Origin: Sphyrna mokarran
Lineage: Eukaryota
DNA: 64,000 bases
Reading direction: 5' to 3'
NCBI GenBank assembly: GCA_024679065.1
Contig: JAGIQG010000020.1
Span: forward strand, 7,998,001-8,062,000
This document shows, one piece after another, positions 25,425 through 38,260 of this stretch (the stretch's first letter is position 1; each line of letters opens with the position of its first letter). A model generated the notes under the pieces. That model did no database searches and was not told where the DNA came from. It saw only the letters and a list, made by a program, of their open reading frames with translations. A program made the translations under genes and the position numbers.

Positions 25425-25882
25425 ACTTGGAATACTGCGTCCCGTTCTGGTCGCTGTACTATCGGAAGGACGTGGAGTCCTTGGAGAGGGTGCAGAGGAG
25501 GTTTACCAGGATGCTGCCTGGTATGGAAGGACTGTCTTATGAGGAACGATTAAATAGACTGGGGTTGTTTTCCCTTGAAAGACGTCGGCTTAGAGGGAAT
25601 CTCATAGAGGTGTATAAGATTATAAGGGGTATAGATAGAGTAAATGGAGGTAAACTTTTTCCGCCTTTAGAAATGGATAGGTCGAGGGGTCATGGCCATA
25701 GGGTGAGGGGGGCTATGTATAGGACGAATATTAGAGGGCAGTTTTTCACACAAAGGGTAGTGGGGGTGTGGAATGCACTGCCGAGTAAGGTGGTGGGAGC
25801 AGGCACGCTGGGGCTGTTTAAGGGTCTCTGGGACAGCCACATGAGCGGTATGCAGATAGAGGGATATATTAGGACTGTTTAA
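25425..25882 (+). mobile_element. Young CR1 LINE 3' fragment with open ORF2 C-terminus
   Basis: LEYCVPFWSLYYRKDVESLERVQRRFTRMLPGMEGLSYEERL...FFTQRVVGVWNALP, uninterrupted; very similar to 56727-57602. Confidence 0.92.
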
Positions 25883-26033
25883 CTACGGCTTTTTTCCACA
25901 GGTAATTCGGTCCATACTTGACCAACATTGAGCATGCATTCGGCAGGTGGTGCGGGTACAGCTCTTGGATGTTGATTCATGGGTTGCCTGGTACCTCATG
26001 TCGTAAATGAGTGCTTTCTGTGGACCATCTGAA

Positions 26034-26373
26034 GGGCACCATGACAGCTCAGAGACTATCGATGTGGCTGTGCAGACACTTGGAATTGGGCCGGTGTCTG
26101 CGGGAGTTTGCGCGTTCTCCCCGTGATTGCGTGGGTTTTCTCCTGGCACTCCGGTTTCCTCCCACATCCCAAAAATTCGCTCTTAGGCTGATTGGGAAAC
26201 AAATTGTCCCTATAGTGAGAATTTTCCATATTAGGAATAATATATATATTATTACATAGGAATAATATAATAGGATAATGGATTTGCTACTATATAGTTA
26301 TGACGGCGGCGCGGGCTCGTTGGGCCGAAGGGCCTGTTTCCCGTGCTGTGTTGCTCTTTAATAAAAAAAAAAA
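26034..26373 (+). mobile_element. V-SINE, short-head subfamily with an alternative AT-rich tail
   Basis: Head gggcaccatgacagctcagagactatcg and V-domain as in the 17028 and 49468 copies; different middle tail; CR1-type terminus and A-tail. Confidence 0.8.
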
Positions 26374-26504
26374 TCCCTGATGGACATTTTCAGCTTTCTT
26401 AGAGTTTTACGGGAGTTACATGGATACTGTGAAATAGTCATGCAGGGAATTTAACATGCCGGTCAGATTTTCTAAGTTGAGGCATTAAATAATAAGGCAT
26501 TAAT

Positions 26505-26832
26505 CTTTCTTTGGCAGCATCTGCGAGCTGAGAAAGAGCTCACGTTTCGAGTCCAGATTACCCTTATGCAAAACTAAAAGGCATAGAAACTTCGCATCCC
26601 TAATCAAATCATTACAGTGCAGCTAAAAAACAGAAATCTATCCGCCTATTGTGGAAAATTAGTCAGATGTGTTCTGTCAACAGTAGCAGCCCAAACCTGA
26701 CCAGTTCAATTAGCAACATCAGTCTATGCCTTTCAGCTTTAACAAAGATTACAGATACTGCCAGACTTGCTGAGATTTTCCAGCATTTTCTCTTTTGAGT
26801 TCAGATTCCAGCATCTGCAGTAATTTGTTTTT
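26505..26832. mobile_element. Penelope-like element relic with inverted ends
   Basis: ggcagcatctg...cacgtttcgagtccag at the left and ...cagatactgccagacttgctgagattttccagc at the right; aaaactaaaaggcataga is mirrored by tctatgcctttcagcttt. Confidence 0.5.
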
Positions 26833-27299
26833 TTTTATTCTTCCGTGGGATGTGGGAGTCACTGGTTAGGCCAGCATTTATTGTCTATCTCTAATTAGCC
26901 CTGAAAAGGCGATGGTTAGTCGCCTCTTTCACGTGCTGAAGTACATGTGAAAGGTCTCTAAGTAATACGCACGAACGAAATTTAATGTACATCTTTGAAT
27001 CAGCTAAAGTTTATGGAAGGTGGGAAAATTCTGTTCACCAGCAGAGTAATGAAACAGTCAAGCCAGTTAAGAATAATCTGAACGAGGGTTTCATTGATGA
27101 ACTGTCAGGCAAGGGGCAGTTATTCTTATAGAGTGATAAGCAGCGCTGTTTGTGACATAGGAAATGACCCAGGTGGAAGTCCAGTTCCAGTTCAAATAGA
27201 ATGCTGAAATTAGACACAGACCGAAGGGTCTCTTCTGCACTGTAATAACCCATGATTCTGTGATAATATTCAGATTAAAATTCCACAATTCTGCCACAT

Positions 27300-28400
27300 G
27301 TTGTCACTGTGGCACTTCGTGCATATTTTAATCATGTTCTTCGCAGTTCTAAGCATGCGTCGAGTTGCCTGGCTAGATGGCCTTTTATTGCATCTTAAAT
27401 AATTTAAAGGGGTTTTGTTTATTATTAATCTGGGCCCAATGCACTCTCTGAAAGCTTACGACTGAAGAATTGTTGACTAACGATTGATTGATAGGTCAGG
27501 CGGGACAGGTTTTTGTTTTACTTTCAGTTTTGGTGGCTGGCTAGATAGAAGCTGTTTGCACTCCAGGTTGGAAGTAGTGTGTTTATCTCTCTCTTTGGTA
27601 TGAGAAATTCTGCATGCTAGCTGGAAGCAGGTTTTCTTGCCTTCCTGGAGGGAACATTTTGCTGTTGGTGGTTTGCGAACTAGAGTCAGCAGTGGCTCTG
27701 TCTGCCTTGAGGAGCTGGGATTTCCAGAACGGAGAAGCCAAAGTTTCAATTCTCCAAGCAAAGCACTAATTCACAACAAATGTTATACATTTGCAAAACC
27801 GCATAAACATTTTTATTTTCTGTGCTGAACTTGAGTTGATTGTATGTTTGTAGGGAGGTTTGTTGTGTTTGAACAGTGCATTTAGCTGTTAAGGTTTATA
27901 CAAGACCATGATTTTTTTCTTGTTTGTAATTGATAAAAGTTATTACTAATTTTCTTTCTATATGTTAACTACTCTCAAATAAACTTTGTTTGTTAAAAGC
28001 TCCCAGTTGGTCACTTGAATCATCTCTGGAGTAAATGTCTTATGTTATTCGTGCCTAAATTAAAATGCAAACCTTATGTCTGGGCTAACTTCATAAAACC
28101 ACTTGGGATTTCAACCTGAATTATAACGATTGGGACACCTTTGATGGATTAACATCTATATTCCTTGACTGATTTGAAATTATTGGACTCAAAGATAGTG
28201 AGTGTATTTCTGTATTGTATTCAGATGTTGTATTCTGATTTAAAAAGAGAGTGCCTTGTGGAGTAATGGCTTTTTCAGGGGAGTGAAGCTTTTGGAGGTG
28301 GAACGAGTTACTCAGAATGTACAACTACTTAAACCAGAGAGATATACTAAATTTGAAAACCCATTTAAATTACTGGTTAGACATTGCGCTGAGATTCAGT
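27300..28400 (+). mobile_element. LTR retrotransposon relic (LTR plus start of internal/gag region)
   Basis: LTR-like stretch with AATAAA near 27978 ending ...ttataacg near 28128, followed by a PBS-like attggg and a decayed gag-like start; boundaries uncertain. Confidence 0.4.
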
Positions 28401-30983
28401 TAATAAGGAGATATATTTTTTGAACTTTTAATAAAAATTTAAATCCAAATTAAAAACTAATGAAATAACATAGAGATGGAGGCGATGTATTGTTCATGCA
28501 TGACGTGGGAGCTGATGGACCCCATTGTGGTTCCCACTGAGCATTCCTGTATTAAGTGTTGGTTCTTCAAGAACTCCAGCTCAGAGTAGATGAGCTTCGA
28601 AGGCTGCGACATATAAGAGAGGGGGGATGATACCTGGGCACTATTTCCCGGGAGGCAGTCACACGCCTTAGGTTAAATAGTTTGAATTCGGCCAGTGGAC
28701 AGGGTCACGAGGGTGTGGCTGCGAATGAGGCAGGTAGAGGGATCCAGCAGGCAGTGTTGCAGGAACCTCAATCCCCGAACTTTTTCAACAGGTTCGAGAT
28801 TCTTACTCCTTGTGCGGACGGGAATGGTTACTGCAGGGAGAATGAACAAACTGAACACGGCATCGTGGTATAGAGAACCGTTCAAGTGGGAGGAGAAAAA
28901 AGAAATATAGTCGTAATTGGAAATAGTGTAGTTAGGGGCATTGACACTGTTCTCTGTGACCAAGATCAAGAATCCCGAAGTTTGTCTGCCTGATGTTGGG
29001 TTCGGGATATCTCATCTGGGCTGCAGAGGAATTTGGAATGAGAGTGTAGAGACTTAGTTGTTGCGGTCCATAGGTAGAACAGGAAGAAAGGTTCTGCTAA
29101 GGGACTATGAACAGCTAGAGCTAAATTACAATGCAGAATAAAAAGGTAATTTTCTCTCGATTACTACCTGAGCCACGAACTAATTGGCTCAAGATCAATA
29201 AGATTAAGAAGATAAAGCGTGGTTCAAAGATTGATGAGGGAAGAATAGGTTCGAATTCGTGGGACATTGGCACCAGAATTGGGGCAGAGCAACCTGTTCC
29301 AATGGGATGGTCTTCATCTGAATCATGATGGGACCAGCGTCATGGTGAATCCTAGGGCTGTAGATAAAGCTTTAAACTAACTAGTTGGGGTGGAGGGGGT
29401 GTGGCGGGGAGGATTCAGTTGTATGGAGAATTAGAAAATCAAAGTTAAAGGACAGTGTAGAAGGGCAGGTTAATGGAGCTGAGGGCTCAAGAAAGATTAG
29501 TAAAGTTTCTAGACCACGCAATTGAACAGAGAATATAAAAGATGGCAGAATCTCACCTCAGGCAGAGCAAAAAAGGTATCAAGTATGAGAAGGAAGGTGG
29601 TCAATGCAGGACTGAGGGTATTGTACCTAAATGCGTGCCATATACAGGATGAGGTAAATGAGCTTGTTGCACACATTCAAATTGGTTGGTATGATGTTCT
29701 GGGCATCACAGAGACGTGGCTGCAAGAGGTCAGGGCTGGGATCTAAATATCAAAAGATGCAAGATATCAAAATATCCTAACGGAAGAACAGGTAGTAAAG
29801 AATGACGTTAAATCAATAGCAAGAAGTGATTTCGCATCAGAAGGCACAGCATCTTTGTGGTAGAGTCGAGGAATCGCGAAGGTAATAAGATCCTGATGGG
29901 AGTTATGTACAGACCCTTCTCCTCCCCCCAGCGGTCCGGTGAAGCAAATAAATCAGGAGATAGAAAAGGTATATAAGAAAGGCAATATTACAATAATACA
30001 AACTTCAATATGCCGATAGATTGGGAAAATCAGGTAGGTAGCGGATGCTCAGAAAAGGGTTTTGTGGAGTATAAAAGAGACAGATTTTTGGAGCAGCTTG
30101 TGACCAAGCCTACTAGGGAACAGGCAATTTTGGATTTGGTGATGAATAATGAGGCAGACTTGATTAGACAACTTAAAGAGAAGGAATCCTTATTGAGCAG
30201 TGACCACAATATGATAGAATTTAACCTGCAGTTTGAGAGATAGGAGCTGGAATCAGATGTAACGATATTACAATTAAATAATGGTAACTACAAAGACATG
30301 TGGGAGGAGCTGGCCAGGCTGAGCAGAGAAGACGGTGGGACAGTTGAGAGTGAAGTTTTTGAGAATAATTCTGGAGGCACAACAGAAATTCACCCCAAGG
30401 AGGGGGGAACATGCTAAGGGGAGGACGAGGCATCCATGACAGGCGAGGGAAGTCAAGGACAACATGAAAGCAAAGAAAAACCGTACAAAGTGACAAGGAT
30501 TAATGGGAAGACAGAAGATTGGAAAGATTTTAAAAGCGAGCAGGAAACAACTAAAAAAAATAAGGAAGGAAAAGATGAAATATGAGTTTATGCTAGCTAG
30601 TAATATAAAAGAAGATAGGAAGAGATTTTTCAATATATAAAAGGTAAGAGAGGGGCAAAAATAGCCATTGGACCACTGGAAAATGAGGTTGAAGAAATAA
30701 TAATAGGAAACAAAGCAATGACAGAGGAACTGAATCGTTACTTTGCATCAGTCCTCACGATGGAAGACACCAGTGGGATGCCAGAGCTCCAGGAGAATCA
30801 AAGGGCACAGGTGAGTGTAGTGGCCATCACTAAGTAGAAGGTTCTGGGGAAACTGAAAGGTCTGAACGTCGATAAATCACCTGGACCAGATAGACTACAC
30901 CAAAGGGTTCTAAAAGAGGCAGCTGAGGAAATTATGGAGGCATTGATTGTAATCTTTCAGGGATCAGTGGGGGCAGGGAACGT

Positions 30984-31315
30984 GATGTGGAGATGCCAGA
31001 GTTGGACTAGGATAAAAACAGAAAGAATCTCACAACACTAGCTTAAAGTCCAACAGGTTTCTTTGTAGCAAATGCCACAAGCTTTCAGAACACACTGTTC
31101 CTTCATCAGGTAGGTGGGAGTTCTGATCACAAACAGGGCATAAAGGCACAAATTCAATTTACGTGCATAATGATTAGAATGTGAGTTTTTACAGCTGATC
31201 AATTCTTGAAGGTAAGGCAATGTGAGTGGAGAGAGCTTTAAGCACAAGTTAAAAGGATATGTATTGTTTCCAGACAGGAAAGTTAGTGAAATTTTGCAAG
31301 TCCAGGCAAGTTGTG
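30984..31315 (-). mobile_element. Penelope-like element end (pLTR) inserted in CR1; carries a hammerhead ribozyme core
   Basis: Flanked by agggaacgt (30975-30983) and agggagcgt (31316-31324), a 9-bp TSD with one mismatch; the CR1 reads through once it is removed; related copies at 52124 and 61851. Confidence 0.75.
31075..31113 (-). ncRNA. Putative minimal type I hammerhead ribozyme
   Basis: Minus strand CUAC-CUGAUGA-A-GGAACA-GUG-UGUUCU-GAAA-GC-UU-GUGG: core boxes, 6-bp helix II, 4-bp helix I, palindromic AGCU in place of helix III. Confidence 0.55.
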
Positions 31316-32859
31316 AGGGAGCGTACCAGAGGACTGGAAAATGGCGAATGTAACGCTGCTGTTTAAGAAGGGAGGATGGCAGCAGACGGAAATTATAGGC
31401 TGGCTATCTTGACTTTGGTCATTGGCAAGATTTTCGAGTCCATTATTAAAGGTGAGATCGCAGGGTACTTGGAAGCGCATGAGAAAGTAGATGGGTCAAC
31501 ACGGCATTGTCAAGAGAAGGACATGTTTCATAATTCTGTTAGAGTTATTTGAGGACGTATCAAAAAAGTTAGATAAAGGAGAACCAGTGAATGTAATTTA
31601 CTTAGATTTCCAGAAGGCTTTTGACAAGGTGCCACATAGCAGCCTGTTAAATAAATTAAGTGCCCATGGCGTTAAGGGTAAGATCCTGGCAAAAATGGAG
31701 GATTGTCTGACTGGCAGAAGGCAGAGACTGAGGATAAACAGGTCGTTTTCAGAGTGGCAACCTGTGATTGGTAATGTTCCTCAGTGGTCAGTGCGAGTAC
31801 CACAACATTTTGTGATATACATTAATGATTTGGGGGAAGAAACTGAAGGCACTGTTGCTAAGTTTGCAGATAATACAAAATATGTAGAGGGACAGGTAAT
31901 ATTGAGGAAGAAGGGAGGTGGGGTGGGTGGCTCAGGATGGACTTGGACATGTTAGGAGAATGGACAAAGAATCGGTAGATGGAATACAATGTGGAAAAGT
32001 GTGAAGTTATGCACTTTGGATGGAGGAATGGAGACATAGACTATTTTCTAAGTGGGAAAACGCTTAGGAAATCAGTCACACAAAGGTACTTGGGAGTCAT
32101 TGTTCAAGATTCTCTTCAAGTTAACATGCAGATTCAATCAGCAGTTAGGAAGGCAAATGCAGTGTTACATTCATGTTGTGAGGGCTAGAATGCAAGAGCA
32201 GGCATGTATTTCTGAGGCTGTATGAGATCAAGCCCCGTTTGGAGTATTGTGAGCAGTATTGGGCCCCATATCTAAGGAAGGATATGGTGCCATTGGAAAG
32301 GGTCCAGAAGAGGTTCACAAGAATGATCCTTGGGATGACGAACTTGTTATATGAGGAATGGTTGAAGACATTGGCTGGGTTGTCCTTGGAGTTTAGGAGG
32401 ATGAGGGGGGATCTTATTGAAATTCATAGGATGCTGCGAGGCTTAGATAGAGTGGACGTGAACAGGATGTTTCCACTAGTCGGAAAAACTAGAACTGGGG
32501 GCACTACCTCAGGCTAAAGGGGTGATCCTTTAAAACAGAGAGAAGGAGGAATTTCGTCAGTTATAGAGTGGTGAATCTGTGGAACGTTTTGCCGCAGAAG
32601 GCTGTGGAGGCCAGGTCGTTGAGTGTCTTTAAGACAGAGATAGAGAGGTTCTTGATTAATAAGGGGATCAGGGGTTATGAGGAAAAGGCAGGAGAATGGT
32701 GGGTGTGAAAAAAATCAGCCATGATTGAATGGTGGCAGAGCAGATTCAGTGGGTCGAGTGGCCTAATTCTAATGCTATGTCTTATGGTTTATGGCCTTAC
32801 GGTTTACAAAAGGTAATTAAAACAAAATTTTTGAAATTGATAAAAAAACGTTGCCAAAA

Positions 32860-33905
32860 TTGATTATCTTTGACATCAGGGCAGCATTTAACTGGGTATG
32901 GCAGTAAGGGGGCATGCAAAATTAAAGTCAGTGAAAGAAAATTTTCCACTGGCCCAAGTCATATTTAGCACAAAGGAAGATTGTTTTTATTAGCCGATAC
33001 GAGTGATCGCAGACCTGCATTCCACTGTAGTATTTTCTCAGGGCATTGCCAACGTGCTTTCCTCCATCAAAAACCTTCTCCTTAAAACAAGGACGGAATT
33101 AGAGAATTTCACTGATAATTGCACAATGATCAATCGCATTTGCAGTTCCTAAAAAATTGGAGAGCGTTTGCAGCAAGACCCGTATTTAGGCTTGATTGCA
33201 GAGTAGCGGGTCAAATTCTTACTGCACAAGTACTAATTGACTTTCAATAGCATTACTATTCCAGAATTCCATACCATTAACTTCCTGAGGATTACCATTG
33301 ATCAGCTCCTGAATCTGACATACCACATATAAGAGCAATTCAGAAGCTGGGAATTGTGTAGAAGATAGCTCTCTTGCAGACTTCCCAAACTCTGTCCACC
33401 ATTACAAGGTACACATCAGGAATCTGATGGAATATCCTCTATATTCTGGATGAGTGAAGCTCAAATAACATTCAGGAAGCATCCAGGACAAGTATTCGGA
33501 TTAATTTGAAGCACAGTCGCCACTTTAGCCATTCCTTTCACCAAGGCACGCAGTAGCAGCACTGTATACCCAGTACTAGACGCATGAAGCAAATATCTAA
33601 AGTTCCTCGCACAATTCCTCTTACGTTTGTGGCCTCGATCACTGGAATAACTAAGGCAGGAACTGCACTACCATTTATAAATTCCTCTATTAATTTCATA
33701 CCTCCTAGGCTTAGAAATGTGTCACAGTACATAAGTTGTTGGCCCAAGGCCCTTGAGCTTTCTCCCTAACTGAGTTGATGCAGCTTCATTGCATAGACCA
33801 TAACGCTTCAAGGAGATGGTTCAACACCACTTCCTGAAGGGCAATTAGGGCTCAGCAATAAATATAAGACATACCACCGACCACAAAATCCCATTGAAAA
33901 AATAA
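32860..33905 (+). mobile_element. Old non-LTR retrotransposon relic (family with YKAQVR-type RT C-terminus)
   Basis: Decayed RT (ttgacatcagggcagcatttaactgggtatggc ~ DIKAAFDRVWH; ccattacaaggtacacatcagg ~ IYKAQVR) and 3' end gggcaattaggg...aataaat shared with other copies. Confidence 0.6.
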
Positions 33906-34069
33906 AAAACAGCTGAAACTATAGTTAGCATTTAGCTTTGTTGACAGTTCCTGCTGTCCTTGATCTATATTAATAATCCTGACATGTGCATGCAGGATAA
34001 AATAGAATACAGTAATGTGAATAATGAGGAGGATAGTAAGAGACTTCACGAGGAAAAAGACAGTCTGGT

Positions 34070-34922
34070 GCATTGGGGGTATGCGGGGAGGAATGGGGGA
34101 GTGACACATGCAGATTTAATTTCATGCAGATAAGTGTGCAAGGACAGATTTTGATGGGAAAAACGAGTAGCGTCATTGTAAACTAAAGGATACAATGCGA
34201 AAAAATGTGCAGTAACAATGGCCCTTGTACTTACTGTGCCCAAATCATTAAAGTTTGAACGCCCGGTTGAGAAGGTGGCTAGAAAGGTACTTTGAAACGT
34301 GGTATCTATGAATAAAGACATAAATGGTAATAGCAAGGAATTTAAGGCAAACATTTAGAAAACGTAAATTCGATCTCAGCTAGAGCGTTGTATCCAATTT
34401 TCGATACGGCAGTTCAGGAAGGGATATGAAAGCCTTAAGAAAAGGGCAGAAAAGATTAACGAGAACGATTACAACGATAAGCTACTTCGATTAATTGGCT
34501 TGATTCGAGAAACTATTTGCCTTCGAGCAGAGAAGGATGACACGAAATTTGCTGGAGTTGTTAAAAATCATGAGGGATCTGGGCAGAGCAGCTTGAGAGA
34601 AACTGTTCTCATTGATGCTTGGATTGAGAGACAGAGAATCACATTTCGAGGTGACTACCAAGAGGGCCAAAGGAAAAAGGGAAAACCCTTCTAGCAACTG
34701 TGTGGCTAGGAGCTGGAATTCACTGCCCTGAGAATATATTGGAGGTAATGCCATTTGCCTCTTTCAGAAATGAATTGCTTAATTACGTATAATGAAAGAA
34801 ATTGCAGGGCTGTGGAACAGGGCAAGGGGTATGGCTGACTGTGTTGACTTTACAGAGAACTACTTCAGACGTGATGGGACGAGTGGCCTCATTCTCTGCT
34901 GTAAACATTTTGTGATTCTATG
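34070..34922 (+). mobile_element. Old CR1 3' fragment
   Basis: Degenerate CR1 RT C-terminus and tail (gatgggacgagtggcctc...ttgtgattctatg). Confidence 0.6.
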
Positions 34923-35004
34923 GAAGGTTTGAGTCAATTGTGTGGAATAATATTTCAATTAATTTCTCAAGAAGTATATTATTATAGATCTATTGTATTG
35001 TAAG

Positions 35005-35300
35005 TCGGTGGTTCGCACTGATGCCTCACATTATTAGGAATCAGGCTCAATTCCGGCCGCAGGTCACTGTCTGTGAAGAGTTTGCACGTGGTCTCCGTGT
35101 CTGGATTGGTTTCCTCCGGGTGTTTCGGTTTTCTCCCAAAGTCCAAAAGATGTGCACGTTTGGATGGGCGGCCAAGCTAAAATGTCTCTTGGTGTCAGGG
35201 AATTTGCAGAGTAAAAATGTGACTGGGATTTTTGTCAGCGGAGGCTCGATGGGCTGAATTGAGCTCTTCTGCACTGTGGGAATTCTATGATTCTATGATT
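35005..35300 (+). mobile_element. V-SINE (HE1-like)
   Basis: tRNA-like head, V-domain (gagtttgcacgtggtctccgtgtctg...ggtttcctccggg) and ttctatgattctatga tail. Confidence 0.75.
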
Positions 35301-35719
35301 TTCAACAAATCTGATCTCAAATGTTATTTCCAAAATTAAATGTTTTTATTTAGAAACATTTACTGTAATGAAGCAGGATTGTTTAATAATTTTGCAGGAA
35401 TAGATCTTCAAACGACAATGGTATGATTGATTTCCGGAATGAGATCGCGAGTAATATGGTTCAGTCCAAGGTTATAGAATATGTTTAAATGAAGACAATA
35501 ATATCCATAGAAGGAACAAGTTAGTGAAGGGAGTTTGGGAAATTGGCTTAAAGCTAAGGTGGTAGGTAAGTAATGGAAAATATTTATTATAGTAAATTAC
35601 AATTAATTTATAACTTAGATTAGATATTTTGTAATTTATATTTATAATGCAATTAATTTGCAATTTAGTACTTATCCTTTTAGTAATTTACAAGTTACTT
35701 AAATTTTCCGACCACTGTA

Positions 35720-38260
35720 CATTTCATTAAGTAATTAGCACGACACAAGAAAAGAGGCAATGGCGGGGCTTCTGGGAAGTTAAGGTTGAAGCTAGGTCAG
35801 AAGAAGAGGGATAAAATATTGTCAAAATGAGTCTTAAGCATGAAGATTGGGAGACATTTAACTCATGGCAACGGATGACCAAAGAATTGATCAAAGGCGA
35901 GAACATAAAATGAAAAAATACAAAATAATTTATGAGAGCATCGATATGGGGAAACAGTGAAAGTAAACCTGGATCCTTGAGACAGAGACAATAAAAAAAT
36001 ACAACATAGAATCGTACATTTATTTCAAAGAAGTATACACACAACATACCAAAAATAGTGGGGAACCAAGGGTTCAAAGACAGTGAATTAATCTTAGTGG
36101 AAAAAAAGGTTTTGGTGAATTAACGGGATTTAACAGAAATGAATCTTCTCCAGTGATATCTTGTTATTAGGCATTAAAAGATGTAGCTGCAACAATGTTG
36201 GATCCATTGACTTTAATCCTCCAGATTTTATTAGATTCTAGACCAGTGGTTGTGCATTGAAATATAGGAAATACAACTCCGTTGTTCAGCAAAAAATACA
36301 AACACAACATAGAACATACGGATCTATTAACCTGATATCGGGAGTGGGGAAGATGTTAGAGTGCATTGTTAGGGATGTAGTACCAGACACCTAGAAAATG
36401 ACAGCACAGAGCAAAAATGCTTTCATGAAAAGGGAACCTTTGTATCTATTGGAATTTTTGAGGGTCTGATTGACAAGATGGATAAGTAGGAAATAGCGTG
36501 TGTATTGAATTCTCAGAAAGCATTTGATAAGAAGCTCCACGGAAGTTATTATACAAGATTAAAACTCATGGGATTAGGATTACTACATTGACATGGTTGA
36601 GAATTGGTGAATGCGCATAGAAGGTGGAGTAGGAATAAATGCTCTTCTTCAGGATAGAGGGCATACATAATGTAGCGCTGCAAAAATCTGCTCGGGCACT
36701 GCTTAGGTTCCCACAGTTTAGAATCTATATCAGTGACATAAAAGAAGGCATAAGTGTAATATATTCAAATCTGAGGATAATCCCGAAACTAGGAAAACAA
36801 GCTATGAGATGGCTGAAAAGGAAATGGACTAGTCAGGTGATTAGACCAGAAGATAGAAGTTGAAGTGTGATGTGGGAAAATACGTAAAATGTTCACTTTG
36901 ATAAGAAAAAAAATCGAATATTTAATATTTTTTAAATTTGAAAGGTCAGTTAAAGTTCATATTCAGAAATATGTGGGTGTTTTTGTGCAGAAATGCATGA
37001 TGCAGATGCAGTATGATATGTTTGCTTTTATTTCAAGTTGATAGGAGGATAAGAGTAAAGTGGTATTATTGTAATTATATTGAGCTTTGGTGGTAACAAG
37101 CCTAGAGCAATGTTTATAGCTCTGTTGCCCCTACTTAAAAATGATACACCTGCATTAGCACTGGTGCAAGAAAGGTATACTAGATCGATACTTAGGTTGA
37201 AACGACTAGAGGAGAGATCCACTAGAATAGATCTACATATTCTGGAGTTTAGGGGAATGAGGGATGAGCACATTGAAATATAAGACGCTTTGATAAAACT
37301 TGACAGCATTGTGGCCAAACGAGCAGCCTAAAATGGCGATTTGGAAAGCACTCTGGGACAACTGCTTAAGGTTGCTGCCTAAGACAGAAATAAGCAGGCT
37401 GCAGCTCAGACGACTGAATATACAGGATGTGGGCCAACTTCAGGACAAAGGGAACTTTCTGGGTTGTTCACCAGACATAGGGACGCCACAACCCCTTATT
37501 TTGGGAAGGAAATGTGTGTCCTATGTGCCCCCAACATGGCCATAACTGGCGTGAAACCACTGGGGTATAAAGGGTGCTGCACAACCAACAATCTCTCCCT
37601 CTGACCCCGCAAAAGTGCTAAAACAATGGTGACCATCGCCAACAGTGACCAGCACGAGGACAGCCACCATACCCGAGAAGGCAGGAAGGCCAGGGCCAAA
37701 GTGTCAGACCAGACCAAAGGACCAGACTACGTGGAAGACTACAGAAACCAGCGCACAATATCGGCTTAGGTATTTGCCAATCACGCAAAGTTTAGCCAAC
37801 TGTTGAATTTGAGCTTTAGTATTTTCTGTAAGGTAACTTATTGTCGGTTGGGTGTGTGATTATTGATTGTGTGTTTTAAATAAATATGTTTTTGTATTAA
37901 CAAGAAGTCTACTCTCAATTCTTTGTCCACCCTATAAGGGTTTAAACAGACTGTGCGGCAGCGCAACACTATATAGGTTGAAATGCTTTTCTCCTGACGG
38001 GGAAGTCCAGAACTAAATGTTTATAGTCTCAAGTCAAGGCGCTGACAATTTGGGACTAAAATGAGAAAACACTTCTTCATTCACAGATCTTGGGCTGCTT
38101 GGATTTTTCTACCCCGGAATGCTGCGGGTGATAGTTTCTTGGTATCTTCAAAACTTAAATCGCCAATTTTTGGACACTAAGGATGTTGAATATCAGCCAA
38201 GATCTTATTGCCTGAGCCAACAGGATTTGTTGTGTGGCCTACATGTAGTTCTATTCTTTA
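35720..38260 (+). mobile_element. Old CR1 ORF2 relic interrupted by a solo LTR
   Basis: Decayed QKAFDK and LEFRGMRDEHIEI motifs; CR1 resumes after 37968. Confidence 0.65.
37310..37968 (+). mobile_element. Solo LTR inserted in CR1
   Basis: TG...CA termini, internal TATAAA near 37565 and AATAAA near 37879; interrupts CR1 sequence; TSD degraded. Confidence 0.6.

Larger units (their letters stand above)
28430..32800 (+). mobile_element. Near full-length degenerate CR1 LINE (ORF1 plus ORF2), interrupted by a Penelope-like insertion
   Basis: ORF1 remnants (CxxC-type start, NRFEIL, VVIGNS.VRG esterase-like motif); ORF2 LRVLYLNA...GITETWL endonuclease, YLDFQKAFDKVPH and KFADNTK RT motifs; CR1 tail. 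Confidence 0.92.

Noticed and set aside
27508-27535. Perfect nonamer with 12-nt spacer and CAC (CACCAAA-12-ACAAAAACC on the minus strand)
   Set aside because: Heptamer matches only the first three bases, it lies in an LTR-like relic and has no coding segment beside it; at most a cryptic RSS.
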